Shown: piece by piece, positions 44,454 to 52,052 of the stretch
Numbering within the stretch: the first letter of the stretch is position 1
How the letters are laid out: every line of letters begins with the position of its first letter
NCBI GenBank assembly: GCA_046313635.1
Contig: JBKBYA010000001.1
Coordinates: forward strand, 504,189-556,240
DNA: 52,052 nt
DNA from: Pyrinomonadaceae bacterium
GTDB taxonomy: Bacteria; Acidobacteriota; Blastocatellia; Pyrinomonadales; Pyrinomonadaceae
Direction of reading: 5' to 3'
Made by a program: the position numbers and the translations under genes
Notes under the pieces: model-generated
Told to the model about the DNA's origin: nothing
Databases searched by the model: none
Seen by the model: the letters and a program-made list of their open reading frames with translations, nothing else

Positions 44454-44863
44454 GTACCGAACAGATGGAAAAGGCAAAACAAGAATTGATCGACGCGGCG
44501 ATCGACATCAGAGAGCGGGCACACGCGCCCTTCTCAAACTTCAAGGTCGGCGCCGCCGTCGAGACCGCGGACGGTGAGATCTACACCGGCTGCAATATCG
44601 AATCGGCAAGCTACGGCCTCACGGTCTGCGCCGAGCGGGTCGCGATCTGGAAGGCGGTCTCAGAGGGCGTCACACGATTCACCTCGATCGCCGTCGCCGT
44701 CGACACCGAAGATCTCACTCCGCCGTGCGGCGTCTGCCGGCAGATCATCTGGGAATTCTGCGGCGACGTGCCCGTCACGCTCACCAATCTCAAGGGCAAG
44801 ACCGAGACCATCGCGATGCACGAACTGCTGCCGCGGGCATTCGATTCGAAGTTCCTGAGATAG
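44450..44863 (+). CDS. cdd: Cytidine deaminase (homotetrameric type)
   Basis: APFSNFKVGAA, GCNIE.ASYG..CAER and PCG.CRQ motifs. Confidence 0.95.
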   Translation: MSTEQMEKAKQELIDAAIDIRERAHAPFSNFKVGAAVETADGEIYTGCNIESASYGLTVCAERVAIWKAVSEGVTRFTSIAVAVDTEDLTPPCGVCRQIIWEFCGDVPVTLTNLKGKTETIAMHELLPRAFDSKFLR

Positions 44864-44958
44864 TAAAGTTCTGTATCGAGGGCGAAATCGGGCGAGAGCG
44901 TGCCTGGCGGAATATCGAATACGGGATCATTTTGAGCGACGGTAGATCTTATCGAAGA

Positions 44959-45174
44959 ATGAGTACCAGAGACCTGCCTGAGATTCGGCTGGATAAGACC
45001 AAGCTTGCAGTGGTGCACATCGACGACCGGACGGACGAGATCGAGCACTGGCGGCAAGCGTGGATCAAAGAGCGCCTGCAGCACGCCGAACGACTCCGGA
45101 GAATTGGCTATGGAGCTCGAGCTAAACGAAGACCTCAAAGATCTGTTGAGGTTGTTAAACTCGAAGAACGTTAG
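44959..45174 (+). CDS. Small protein, putative antitoxin-like partner of the downstream nucleotidyltransferase
   Basis: 71 aa, MSTRDLPEIRLDKTK...DEIEHW...ERL...ERLRRIGYG; overlaps the downstream gene; resembles small ORFs commonly paired with such nucleotidyltransferases. Confidence 0.55.
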   Translation: MSTRDLPEIRLDKTKLAVVHIDDRTDEIEHWRQAWIKERLQHAERLRRIGYGARAKRRPQRSVEVVKLEER

Positions 45175-45570
45175 ATATCTGTTGATCGGCGGCTACGCCG
45201 TGGTCCTGCACGGACACCCGAGACTCACCAACGATCTGGATATCGTGATCGGAAATGACCCGGGGAATATAGAGCGGTTGTTTGAGCGCGCTTCGAGATT
45301 TTGGTTTTAGCGGCCCCACACTTGTTCCCGATGTTTTTTTGGAACCGAAAAGCATCGTCCGGATGGGCGTCGAGCCTGTCAGGGTCGAGATCCTGAACTA
45401 TTTGGATGGCGTGGATCTCGACGCGGCATACAAATGTCGAGAAACGCTGTCTGTCGAAGATATTCCGATCGACGTCATATCTTTGCCCGACCTTTTGACC
45501 GATAAGAGGGCCGTCGGGCGTGATAAGGACCTTCTGGATGTCAAGGCTGCTCAAGGTAAACGGCTAACTA
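45110..45570 (+). pseudogene. Nucleotidyltransferase (pol-beta superfamily, toxin-like), frameshifted near 45280
   Basis: YLLIGGYAVVLHGHPRLTNDLDI in one frame; ...ALRDFGF...VISLPDLLTDKRAVGRDKDLLD in another. Confidence 0.75.
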
Positions 45571-45572
45571 AA

Positions 45573-46985
45573 ATGCGCAATAGATCTATCGCCATAGTCT
45601 TGTTTCTAATTTGTATCAGCCAGATCTGTCCGGCTGCGTTCGCCGGAGATCGGACAGCACAGACGATGGTCGACCTGCTGATCGTCGGCGGCACGGTCGT
45701 CACGATGGACGGCCAGCGGCGCGTGATCGAGGACGGAGCGGTCGCCGTGCGCGGGCAAGAAATAGTTCGCGTCGGACGCCGTGCGGAGATGTCGGGCGTG
45801 CGGGCCCGGCGGACGATCAACGCCGCCGGCAAGCTCGTCATTCCGGGCCTCGTCAATACGCACACGCACGTGCCGATGACGCTGTTTCGCGGCATCGCCG
45901 ACGACCTCGACCTGCAGGAGTGGCTGACGAAATTCATCTTCCCGGCCGAGGCGAAGAATGTCGACGAGGCATTCGTCCGCGCGGGCACGCGGCTCGGTCT
46001 GGCCGAGATGATCCGCGGCGGTACGACCACGTACTGCGACATGTACTATTTCGAAGATGCGATCGCCGACGAGACAAAACGCGCCGGCGTGCGCGCGGTG
46101 CTCGGCGAGACGGTCCTCGACTTTCCGGCGCCGGACAACAAGACCTGGGACGCCGGTCTTGCCTACACCGAACGCTTTATCCGCAAGTGGCAGAATGATC
46201 CGCTCGTCGTGCCGGCTGTCGCGCCGCACGCGCCATACACGGTCTCGGCCGAGCACCTGCTCGCCGCACGCGATCTGTCTAACCGGCTTAAGGCGCCGCT
46301 CGTCATTCATCTTGCCGAAGCAAATACCGAGACCGAGTTCATCCGGCAAAAGCACAAGGGCATGCGGCCGATCGAGTTTGTCGAGAGCATCGGATTTTTG
46401 ACGGAGCGGACTATCGCCGCGCATGTCATCCAGGCCAGTGAGGCCGAGCTCGACATTCTCAAACGCCGCGGCGTCGGCATCGCGCACAATCCGCAGTCAA
46501 ACATGAAGCTCGCCGCCGGCATCGCGCCCGTGCCCGCGATGCTCAAACGGAATATGGACGTCGGTCTCGGCACCGACGGCGCCGCGTCAAACAACGACCT
46601 ATCGATGTGGGAAGAGATGGACGCCGCCGCCAAGCTGCACAAGGTCGCGAGCGGCGACCCCAAGGTCGTCTCGGCCGAGCAGGCCTTTATGATGGCGACC
46701 ATCGGCGGGGCACGCGCGCTCGATCTCGACAAGCTGATCGGATCGATCGAGCAGGGCAAGCGCGCCGATATCGCGATCGTCGATTTCGACAGCCTTCATC
46801 AGGTGCCTTACTACAACGTCTATTCGCATCTCGTCTACGCGACCAAGGCCGAGGATGTACGCACGGTCGTCATCAACGGCCGTATCGTGATGCTCGACCG
46901 CCGTTTACTCACGCTCGACGAGAGTGCTATAAAAAAAGACACAAACACATACCGCCGCCGCATCATCGAAAGCCTGAAGCAGTAG
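45573..46985 (+). CDS. Amidohydrolase, MTA/SAH (nucleoside) deaminase family, with a signal-peptide-like N-terminus
   Basis: PGLVNTHTH, HAPY, IHLAE, AAH, HNPQSNMKLAAG and GTDGAASNN motifs; start placed at ATG 45573. Confidence 0.88.
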   Translation: MRNRSIAIVLFLICISQICPAAFAGDRTAQTMVDLLIVGGTVVTMDGQRRVIEDGAVAVRGQEIVRVGRRAEMSGVRARRTINAAGKLVIPGLVNTHTHVPMTLFRGIADDLDLQEWLTKFIFPAEAKNVDEAFVRAGTRLGLAEMIRGGTTTYCDMYYFEDAIADETKRAGVRAVLGETVLDFPAPDNKTWDAGLAYTERFIRKWQNDPLVVPAVAPHAPYTVSAEHLLAARDLSNRLKAPLVIHLAEANTETEFIRQKHKGMRPIEFVESIGFLTERTIAAHVIQASEAELDILKRRGVGIAHNPQSNMKLAAGIAPVPAMLKRNMDVGLGTDGAASNNDLSMWEEMDAAAKLHKVASGDPKVVSAEQAFMMATIGGARALDLDKLIGSIEQGKRADIAIVDFDSLHQVPYYNVYSHLVYATKAEDVRTVVINGRIVMLDRRLLTLDESAIKKDTNTYRRRIIESLKQ

Positions 46986-47111
46986 GGACGGTGGAGGATC
47001 CCCCCGGGTTGTTTTGCTAGAATCGAGTTTCCAGTATTTGTCGGGTCGTGTAAGTGAGCCTTCTAGTTGTTCGCTTGACCTTTACGGAGCTTAAGTCAAA
47101 GGAGGACTGAA

Positions 47112-48491
47112 ATGCCGTTAAAAGTCGGAAGGTTTCGCACTTCTGTTTTTGTAATTTCGATCGGTCTGTCGGCAGCGAGCGCCGGAGCACAGACCGCCAT
47201 GCCGACCGCGTCGCCGGCTCCGGTCGATCAACTGCCGGCCGCCGCCGCACCTGTCAAACTCCCGACCGCGGCCGACGTGATGCGCGAGCGCATCTCAAAG
47301 GCCAAGGCGTACATCGCCGTCCGCAACTACAACGCCGCAATCTACGAGCTCGAGGGCATTCGCCGCGAATCAGCCGATCAGACCGTGCAGTCGGTCGCGA
47401 GCGTCCTGCTGATGAACAGCTATCTCGAGCAGGGCGACTACAAGCGTGCGCAGGAACTGCTGAATCAGTCGTACGCGGCTGTCAAGGCGAATAAGCCCGC
47501 CGCTCCGGCGACGTATTTCGCGATCGCATCGCAGGTCGTCAAGGGAGCGCGGAGCCGTGTCGAGCGCTATCGCTCGCTAGGTCTCAGCGTTGCCGATCGC
47601 ACGCTGCCGCTCGAGGCCGTCAACGATCTCGAGAAGATGCGCGAGACCGTCGAGCTGGTCGTGACCCAGTCAAAGGACGCCGCGCAGGACCGCAGCCGCA
47701 CGAGCGACGCGATGGCGCTGCTCGAGGAGGCGACGACCTCGCGCAGTATGATGGCCCGCGACGACTACGACGCGCGTCGCTGGCAGTCGGAGGTCGCCGA
47801 CACACGCGAGCAGCTCGCCAGCTCGCGCAGCGTCGTGCTCAGCGCTGTTAATGACGGCACCGCCGCCGAAGCGGCGAGCACGCCGGTGACCGACGCTGCG
47901 CTTCGCACGCCGCCCGCGACGCAGACGGCCTCGCAGCCGGCTTACGTGCCGACCAATCAGACGCCCGCCCCGGTAAATCAAAATTCGAATCAGCCCACCT
48001 ATCAGCCGCAGCAAACCATGACCCCTGCAGCGACGCCGGGCAATGGAGCCGCGGTCACAAACCCGAACAACGCCGCGACGGATCAGGGCCGCAGCCGCGT
48101 CGTTCCCAATCAGCCTGCGACGAACGCCGCCGCGACGAACAACAATTCCGCCGCGGCAGCTCCTGCATCGAATCAAGCAACTCCATCCGCCGGCGAAAAG
48201 CCGAAAGACTCCTCGCCCATCCAGGTCGGATCGCTTGTCGCGTACGCCACCAAGCAGGCCCAGCCCGTTTATCCGGCCGCCGCCCGCACGGTTCGCGCCG
48301 CGGGCCTTGTGCGAGTTGACGTGACGATCGACGAAAACGGTCAGGTCGCCGCGATCGAACGCGCGAGCGGCCCCGTGATGCTGCAGGACGCCGCAAAGGA
48401 CGCGATCCGCAAATGGCGCTTCAAGCCGTTCTTGAGAGACGGCCAGCCGGTCAGGGCGACGGGATTTGTGAATTTCAATTTCGCGCTTTAA
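47112..48491 (+). CDS. TonB family protein with a helical N-domain and a Pro/Asn/Gln-rich linker
   Basis: RBS ggagg; signal peptide; C-terminal P.YP.AAR...G.VRVDVTIDENG...WRFKP. Confidence 0.85.
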   Translation: MPLKVGRFRTSVFVISIGLSAASAGAQTAMPTASPAPVDQLPAAAAPVKLPTAADVMRERISKAKAYIAVRNYNAAIYELEGIRRESADQTVQSVASVLLMNSYLEQGDYKRAQELLNQSYAAVKANKPAAPATYFAIASQVVKGARSRVERYRSLGLSVADRTLPLEAVNDLEKMRETVELVVTQSKDAAQDRSRTSDAMALLEEATTSRSMMARDDYDARRWQSEVADTREQLASSRSVVLSAVNDGTAAEAASTPVTDAALRTPPATQTASQPAYVPTNQTPAPVNQNSNQPTYQPQQTMTPAATPGNGAAVTNPNNAATDQGRSRVVPNQPATNAAATNNNSAAAAPASNQATPSAGEKPKDSSPIQVGSLVAYATKQAQPVYPAAARTVRAAGLVRVDVTIDENGQVAAIERASGPVMLQDAAKDAIRKWRFKPFLRDGQPVRATGFVNFNFAL

Positions 48492-48638
48492 GTCTGGAAA
48501 GTTCGTTTTTAGCACCGCGGCTGCCGATTGATCTCCGGCGGCCGCTTTTGTTTTCCGGCGGGCGGCAACTCGCCGGGCGGCTGCCGGCGACTAAGTTTCT
48601 GTATAATCCCGACATTCGTTTTTGAGGCCGAATCCAAA

Positions 48639-51600
48639 ATGTCATTCAGATCTTTCGCGATACTCCTTCTCGTTGTATTTCTGCCAGTCGTGACCGCCTC
48701 TGCCCAAACGGACGCTCCGCCGATCGAGCCCGGCGTCTCGCAGGAGCTGGCACGTTGGCGCGCGGCTCGTTACTCGGACGTGCGTTACAAGCTGAATCTC
48801 ACTCTCGAGAAGATGTCGCCCGTGCTGAAGGGCACGATCGAGATACGCGTTAACGTTTCGCCTCTGCCGAAGGGAACGATCTTTGGCACGGGCCTCAATG
48901 TCGGTCAGGCGACAACCGGCTCGATGCCGCCGATCGTGCTCGACTGGCGCAAGATCAAGGGTCACGAGGACAAGTCGACGATCTCGAACGTCACCGTTAA
49001 CGGCAAGGCCGTTTCTATTTCATCGAACTGGCCGCCCGCTGACGCAGGCGGTTCTGATTATGCGGAGCATCTTGTTTTTCGCGACGGCGTCGTCGCGGGC
49101 GAGAACGTGATCAAGCTCGACTTCACGTCGCCGATATTGACGAGTGGGTCGGCGATCACGCGGTACATCGACAAGGAGGACGGTTCGGAGTACATCTACT
49201 CGCTGTTCGTCCCGTCGGACGCGAGCACGGCGTTCCCGGTGTTCGATCAGCCGGATCTGAAGGCGAGGTTCTCACTTCAAATCGAGGGTCCTCCGGAGTG
49301 GAAAGTCGTTTCTAATGCGATTGCTGAGTGCACGGCGGGACTCGATGTGACGAAATCCAATCTTAACCCGTCTCCACCAACCGCATCTAGAGAAACATTG
49401 GATCCGGACGTTATGGAGGCGTTGCGGAACGTTGACTGGCGGAAGGTAGGAGGAGGTTGCGGCATGAGCGGCTCAAATTTGAACAGGACTTACGCCGAGT
49501 TTCTCGAGACCAAACCCATCAGCACCTACGTCTTCGCCTTCGCCGCCGGGCCGTGGGCCGAGGTGTCAGAACCACCTGCGGTAGCGGGTGGTTTAACTTC
49601 ATCAGTGGAACGCACGGCACCCGCGGGAAACGGTCCGAAGCGAGAAAAACTCCGATCTGCGAGCTCTAAGGCTGATCTACAACCACCCGCTACCGCAGGT
49701 GATTCTGACTTGGCGACACGTGTTTACGTTCGCCGGTCGCAGGCCGAGAAGTTCAAACCGCACGCCGCCGAGGTGTTTCGGCTCAACCGCGAGGGCATCA
49801 AGTTTCTCGAGGAGTACTTCGATTACAACTTCCCGTTCCCGAAGTACGACATTGTTTTGATACCCGAATTCCCGTTCGGCGGGATGGAGCACGCGGGGGC
49901 GACTTTTTTGCGGGAGTCTTCGGTCATCTTTCCGCAGGAGCCGACGGCTAATGATCATATTTCGCGGGCCAATGTGATCTTTCACGAGGCGGCGCATCAG
50001 TGGTTCGGCGACACGGTTACGATGCGCTGGTTTGACGACCTGTGGCTGAAGGAGGGCTTTGCGGAGTTTATGGCCTACAAGACGCTCGAGCGCGTGATGC
50101 CGCAGTACAACGCCTGGAAGGCCTTCTACGAGCGCAACAAGCCGCTCGCTTACCAGACCGACTCCACCCGCGGCACCACGCCGATCTACCAGGAGATCCC
50201 AAACCTCTCCGCGGCAAAAAGCGCCTACGGCAACATCGTCTATCGAAAGGCACCGTCGTTCCTGAAACAGGCGGAGTTTTATCTCGGGCCGGATAAGTTT
50301 CAGACTGCCGTAAGGACGTTTTTTAAGAAGCATGAGTTTGGGAATGCGGGTTGGGAAGATCTGGTGAAGGAGTTTGAGGCGGCGAGTGGGAAAGAGGAAC
50401 TGGCAAGTTGGTGGGGTTCACCTTGGGTCAAAGGTCGCGGGATGCCTATTTTCGACCTCAAATTGGTCTATCAGATGCCTGATAAGAAATTCCTTACTCG
50501 CATTACGCAGCGAAGTTCTCTAAATGAGGACACGGCATGGTCCGAGCGAATACAAGTTTTGATAACTCATGACGACGGTAAGAGAACTATCGAGGACAAG
50601 GCGTTGATGCCGACAAACTTTGCACGACAGCAGGAGGTTAGTGCATACGTTGGCTATACCGATCGTGAACCAAGATTCGTCTTTCCCAACCACCAGGACT
50701 ACGGCTACGGCATCTTTCTTCTCGACGACAAGAGCCGCGATTACGTCCTCAAAAACATCCAGAACGAAAAGGACGACTTCCTCCGCTCGATGATGTGGGG
50801 CTCGCTGTGGGACAGCGTTCGCGAGGGCGAGCTCGACCCGCGGGAGTATGTAGAGCTCGCGATCAAGAACATTGGCGTTGAGAAAGATGAACTGACCATT
50901 CAGACGATACTCGGCCGCGTGTCGACCGCGATGACGTACTACATGCCATCTAGCGCCGGTACGGGCAGCTCCGGTGTCAGTAGCCCGCACGTAAGTAAGG
51001 GCTCAGCGTCCGGTAAGGACAACGTCGAGACCCCCCCCACGGTCGGGCTACAGACACGCCTCGAGGCGATGCTCATCGACCGGATGCGCACGGCGCCGAC
51101 TCTCGGGAATAGGATCACGTTCTACCGCGCATTCCTCAGCACAGCGGCGACTGAGAATGCCAGAAATATCCTCAAGCAGATGTTAACCGCCGAGACGCCG
51201 AGTCGCGGAGACGTAAGAAGCGAGCTCAAGGACGTGTATAAAGATGCTCCGACGGTTTCCGCATCGATGACCAGGGAACAGGCGGAAGCATTTAAAAAGG
51301 TTGAAGTCCCAGGTACACCGATACCGTTAAAAACGAAAGACAGATTCGACATCGTCACAAAGCTCGCCATCCTCAACGACCCCGACGCCGCGACGCTGCT
51401 TGCCGATCTGGAGAAAAAAGAGATTTCCGACGACGCGAAGCGATACGCCTACGCGGCGCGGGCGGCCTTTCCGACAAAAGAGAACAGGGAAAGATTCTGG
51501 AGCGATTTCGTCAACAACAAGGACACTTCCGAGAGCTGGATCGAGGCGGCGCTCTCGCCCTTCAACTCGCCGCGACACGCCGAGCTCTCGCTGCCGTATC

Positions 51601-51863
51601 TGGAGCGCGCTCTCAACGCTCTTCCCGATCACAAACGCAACCGCAAGATCTTCTTCGTCAACTCCTGGCTCGCCGCCTTCATCGGCGGCCAGCGTTCGCA
51701 GGCGGCAGTCGACATCGTCAACAAATTCCTCAACGACAATCCATCACTCGACCGCGACCTTCGGCTAAAAGTGCTCGAGAACCTCGACATCGTCGAACGC
51801 GCGGTGAAGATCAGGGCGAAGTTTGGAGGTAGCAAACCGCCAGGACGCAAGGGAGGAGACTAA
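48639..51863 (+). CDS. pepN: Secreted M1 family aminopeptidase (aminopeptidase N-like) with several in-frame insertions
   Basis: Signal peptide; FPVFDQPDLKA, GGMEH, HEAAHQWFG...WLKEGFA and VYRKA motifs. Confidence 0.9.
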   Translation: MSFRSFAILLLVVFLPVVTASAQTDAPPIEPGVSQELARWRAARYSDVRYKLNLTLEKMSPVLKGTIEIRVNVSPLPKGTIFGTGLNVGQATTGSMPPIVLDWRKIKGHEDKSTISNVTVNGKAVSISSNWPPADAGGSDYAEHLVFRDGVVAGENVIKLDFTSPILTSGSAITRYIDKEDGSEYIYSLFVPSDASTAFPVFDQPDLKARFSLQIEGPPEWKVVSNAIAECTAGLDVTKSNLNPSPPTASRETLDPDVMEALRNVDWRKVGGGCGMSGSNLNRTYAEFLETKPISTYVFAFAAGPWAEVSEPPAVAGGLTSSVERTAPAGNGPKREKLRSASSKADLQPPATAGDSDLATRVYVRRSQAEKFKPHAAEVFRLNREGIKFLEEYFDYNFPFPKYDIVLIPEFPFGGMEHAGATFLRESSVIFPQEPTANDHISRANVIFHEAAHQWFGDTVTMRWFDDLWLKEGFAEFMAYKTLERVMPQYNAWKAFYERNKPLAYQTDSTRGTTPIYQEIPNLSAAKSAYGNIVYRKAPSFLKQAEFYLGPDKFQTAVRTFFKKHEFGNAGWEDLVKEFEAASGKEELASWWGSPWVKGRGMPIFDLKLVYQMPDKKFLTRITQRSSLNEDTAWSERIQVLITHDDGKRTIEDKALMPTNFARQQEVSAYVGYTDREPRFVFPNHQDYGYGIFLLDDKSRDYVLKNIQNEKDDFLRSMMWGSLWDSVREGELDPREYVELAIKNIGVEKDELTIQTILGRVSTAMTYYMPSSAGTGSSGVSSPHVSKGSASGKDNVETPPTVGLQTRLEAMLIDRMRTAPTLGNRITFYRAFLSTAATENARNILKQMLTAETPSRGDVRSELKDVYKDAPTVSASMTREQAEAFKKVEVPGTPIPLKTKDRFDIVTKLAILNDPDAATLLADLEKKEISDDAKRYAYAARAAFPTKENRERFWSDFVNNKDTSESWIEAALSPFNSPRHAELSLPYLERALNALPDHKRNRKIFFVNSWLAAFIGGQRSQAAVDIVNKFLNDNPSLDRDLRLKVLENLDIVERAVKIRAKFGGSKPPGRKGGD
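49565..49709. repeat. In-frame REPIN-like element with 29-bp inverted arms
   Basis: gtcagaaccacctgcggtagcgggtggtt and aaccacccgctaccgcaggtgattctgac (28/29 complementary). Confidence 0.9.
50974..51057. repeat. In-frame inverted-repeat element of the same family as 36873-36987
   Basis: gtgtcagtagcccgcacgtaagtaagggctc ... acggtcgggctacagacac. Confidence 0.8.
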
Positions 51864-52051
51864 CCGCCGAGACGCTGAGACGCCGAGAGAAGAGAGGAAG
51901 GGATGGGAAGTCGGCCCTGGATCCGAGGCCTCTGACTAGGTGCTGAAAATTTGGACATCGTTGAGCGTGCGGTAAAGATCAGGGCGAAGTTTGGAGGTAG
52001 CAAACCGCCAGGACGCAAGGGAGGAGACTAACCGCCGAGACGCTGAGACGC
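51771..52051 (+). repeat. Direct duplication of the pepN 3' end (offset 168 bp)
   Basis: 51807-51883 is identical to 51975-52051; the upstream part differs by synonymous changes. Confidence 0.92.
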
Positions 52052-52052
52052 A

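Noticed and set aside
45282..46985. 567-aa nucleotidyltransferase-amidohydrolase fusion
   Set aside because: Better explained as the tail of a frameshifted upstream gene running into a separate gene that starts at 45573
51771..52052. pepN duplication as a DGR TR/VR pair
   Set aside because: The differences are synonymous changes and are not adenine-specific

Overview
High-GC bacterial chromosomal window, probably from an Acidobacterium of the Blastocatellia/Pyrinomonadaceae type (inferred from gene content and style, not proven). In order it carries: the tail of a surface-polysaccharide cluster (asnB-like, rmlA-like, rmlC-like, GT4, WecA-like fusion, TPR-CBM protein, O-antigen ligase-like); TPR and hypothetical genes; a Klenow-only family A DNA polymerase; RNase E/G with a very large insertion in its S1 domain; TonB-domain proteins; a ClpA/C-type ATPase; a ~3500-aa kelch/YDG/MBG adhesin; an hsp20-clpB-grpE heat-shock unit; a nucleoside uptake and salvage operon; and a secreted M1 aminopeptidase. 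No rRNA, tRNA, CRISPR array, transposase or reverse transcriptase was seen. The most striking unexplained structure is a recurring cassette in which a four-helix-bundle (23S rRNA IVP/Avd-like) gene sits between operon genes and is bracketed by mutually inverted short tandem-repeat arrays. One cassette uses 9-mers (3145-3948) and the other 7-mers (43353-43830), and gene-less copies of the same arrays occur at 1-258 and 2334-2403. A second signal is that three different palindromic or repeat families are inserted in-frame in the aminopeptidase gene, two of them with intergenic relatives elsewhere in the window. That gene also has a duplicated 3' end that differs only at synonymous sites.
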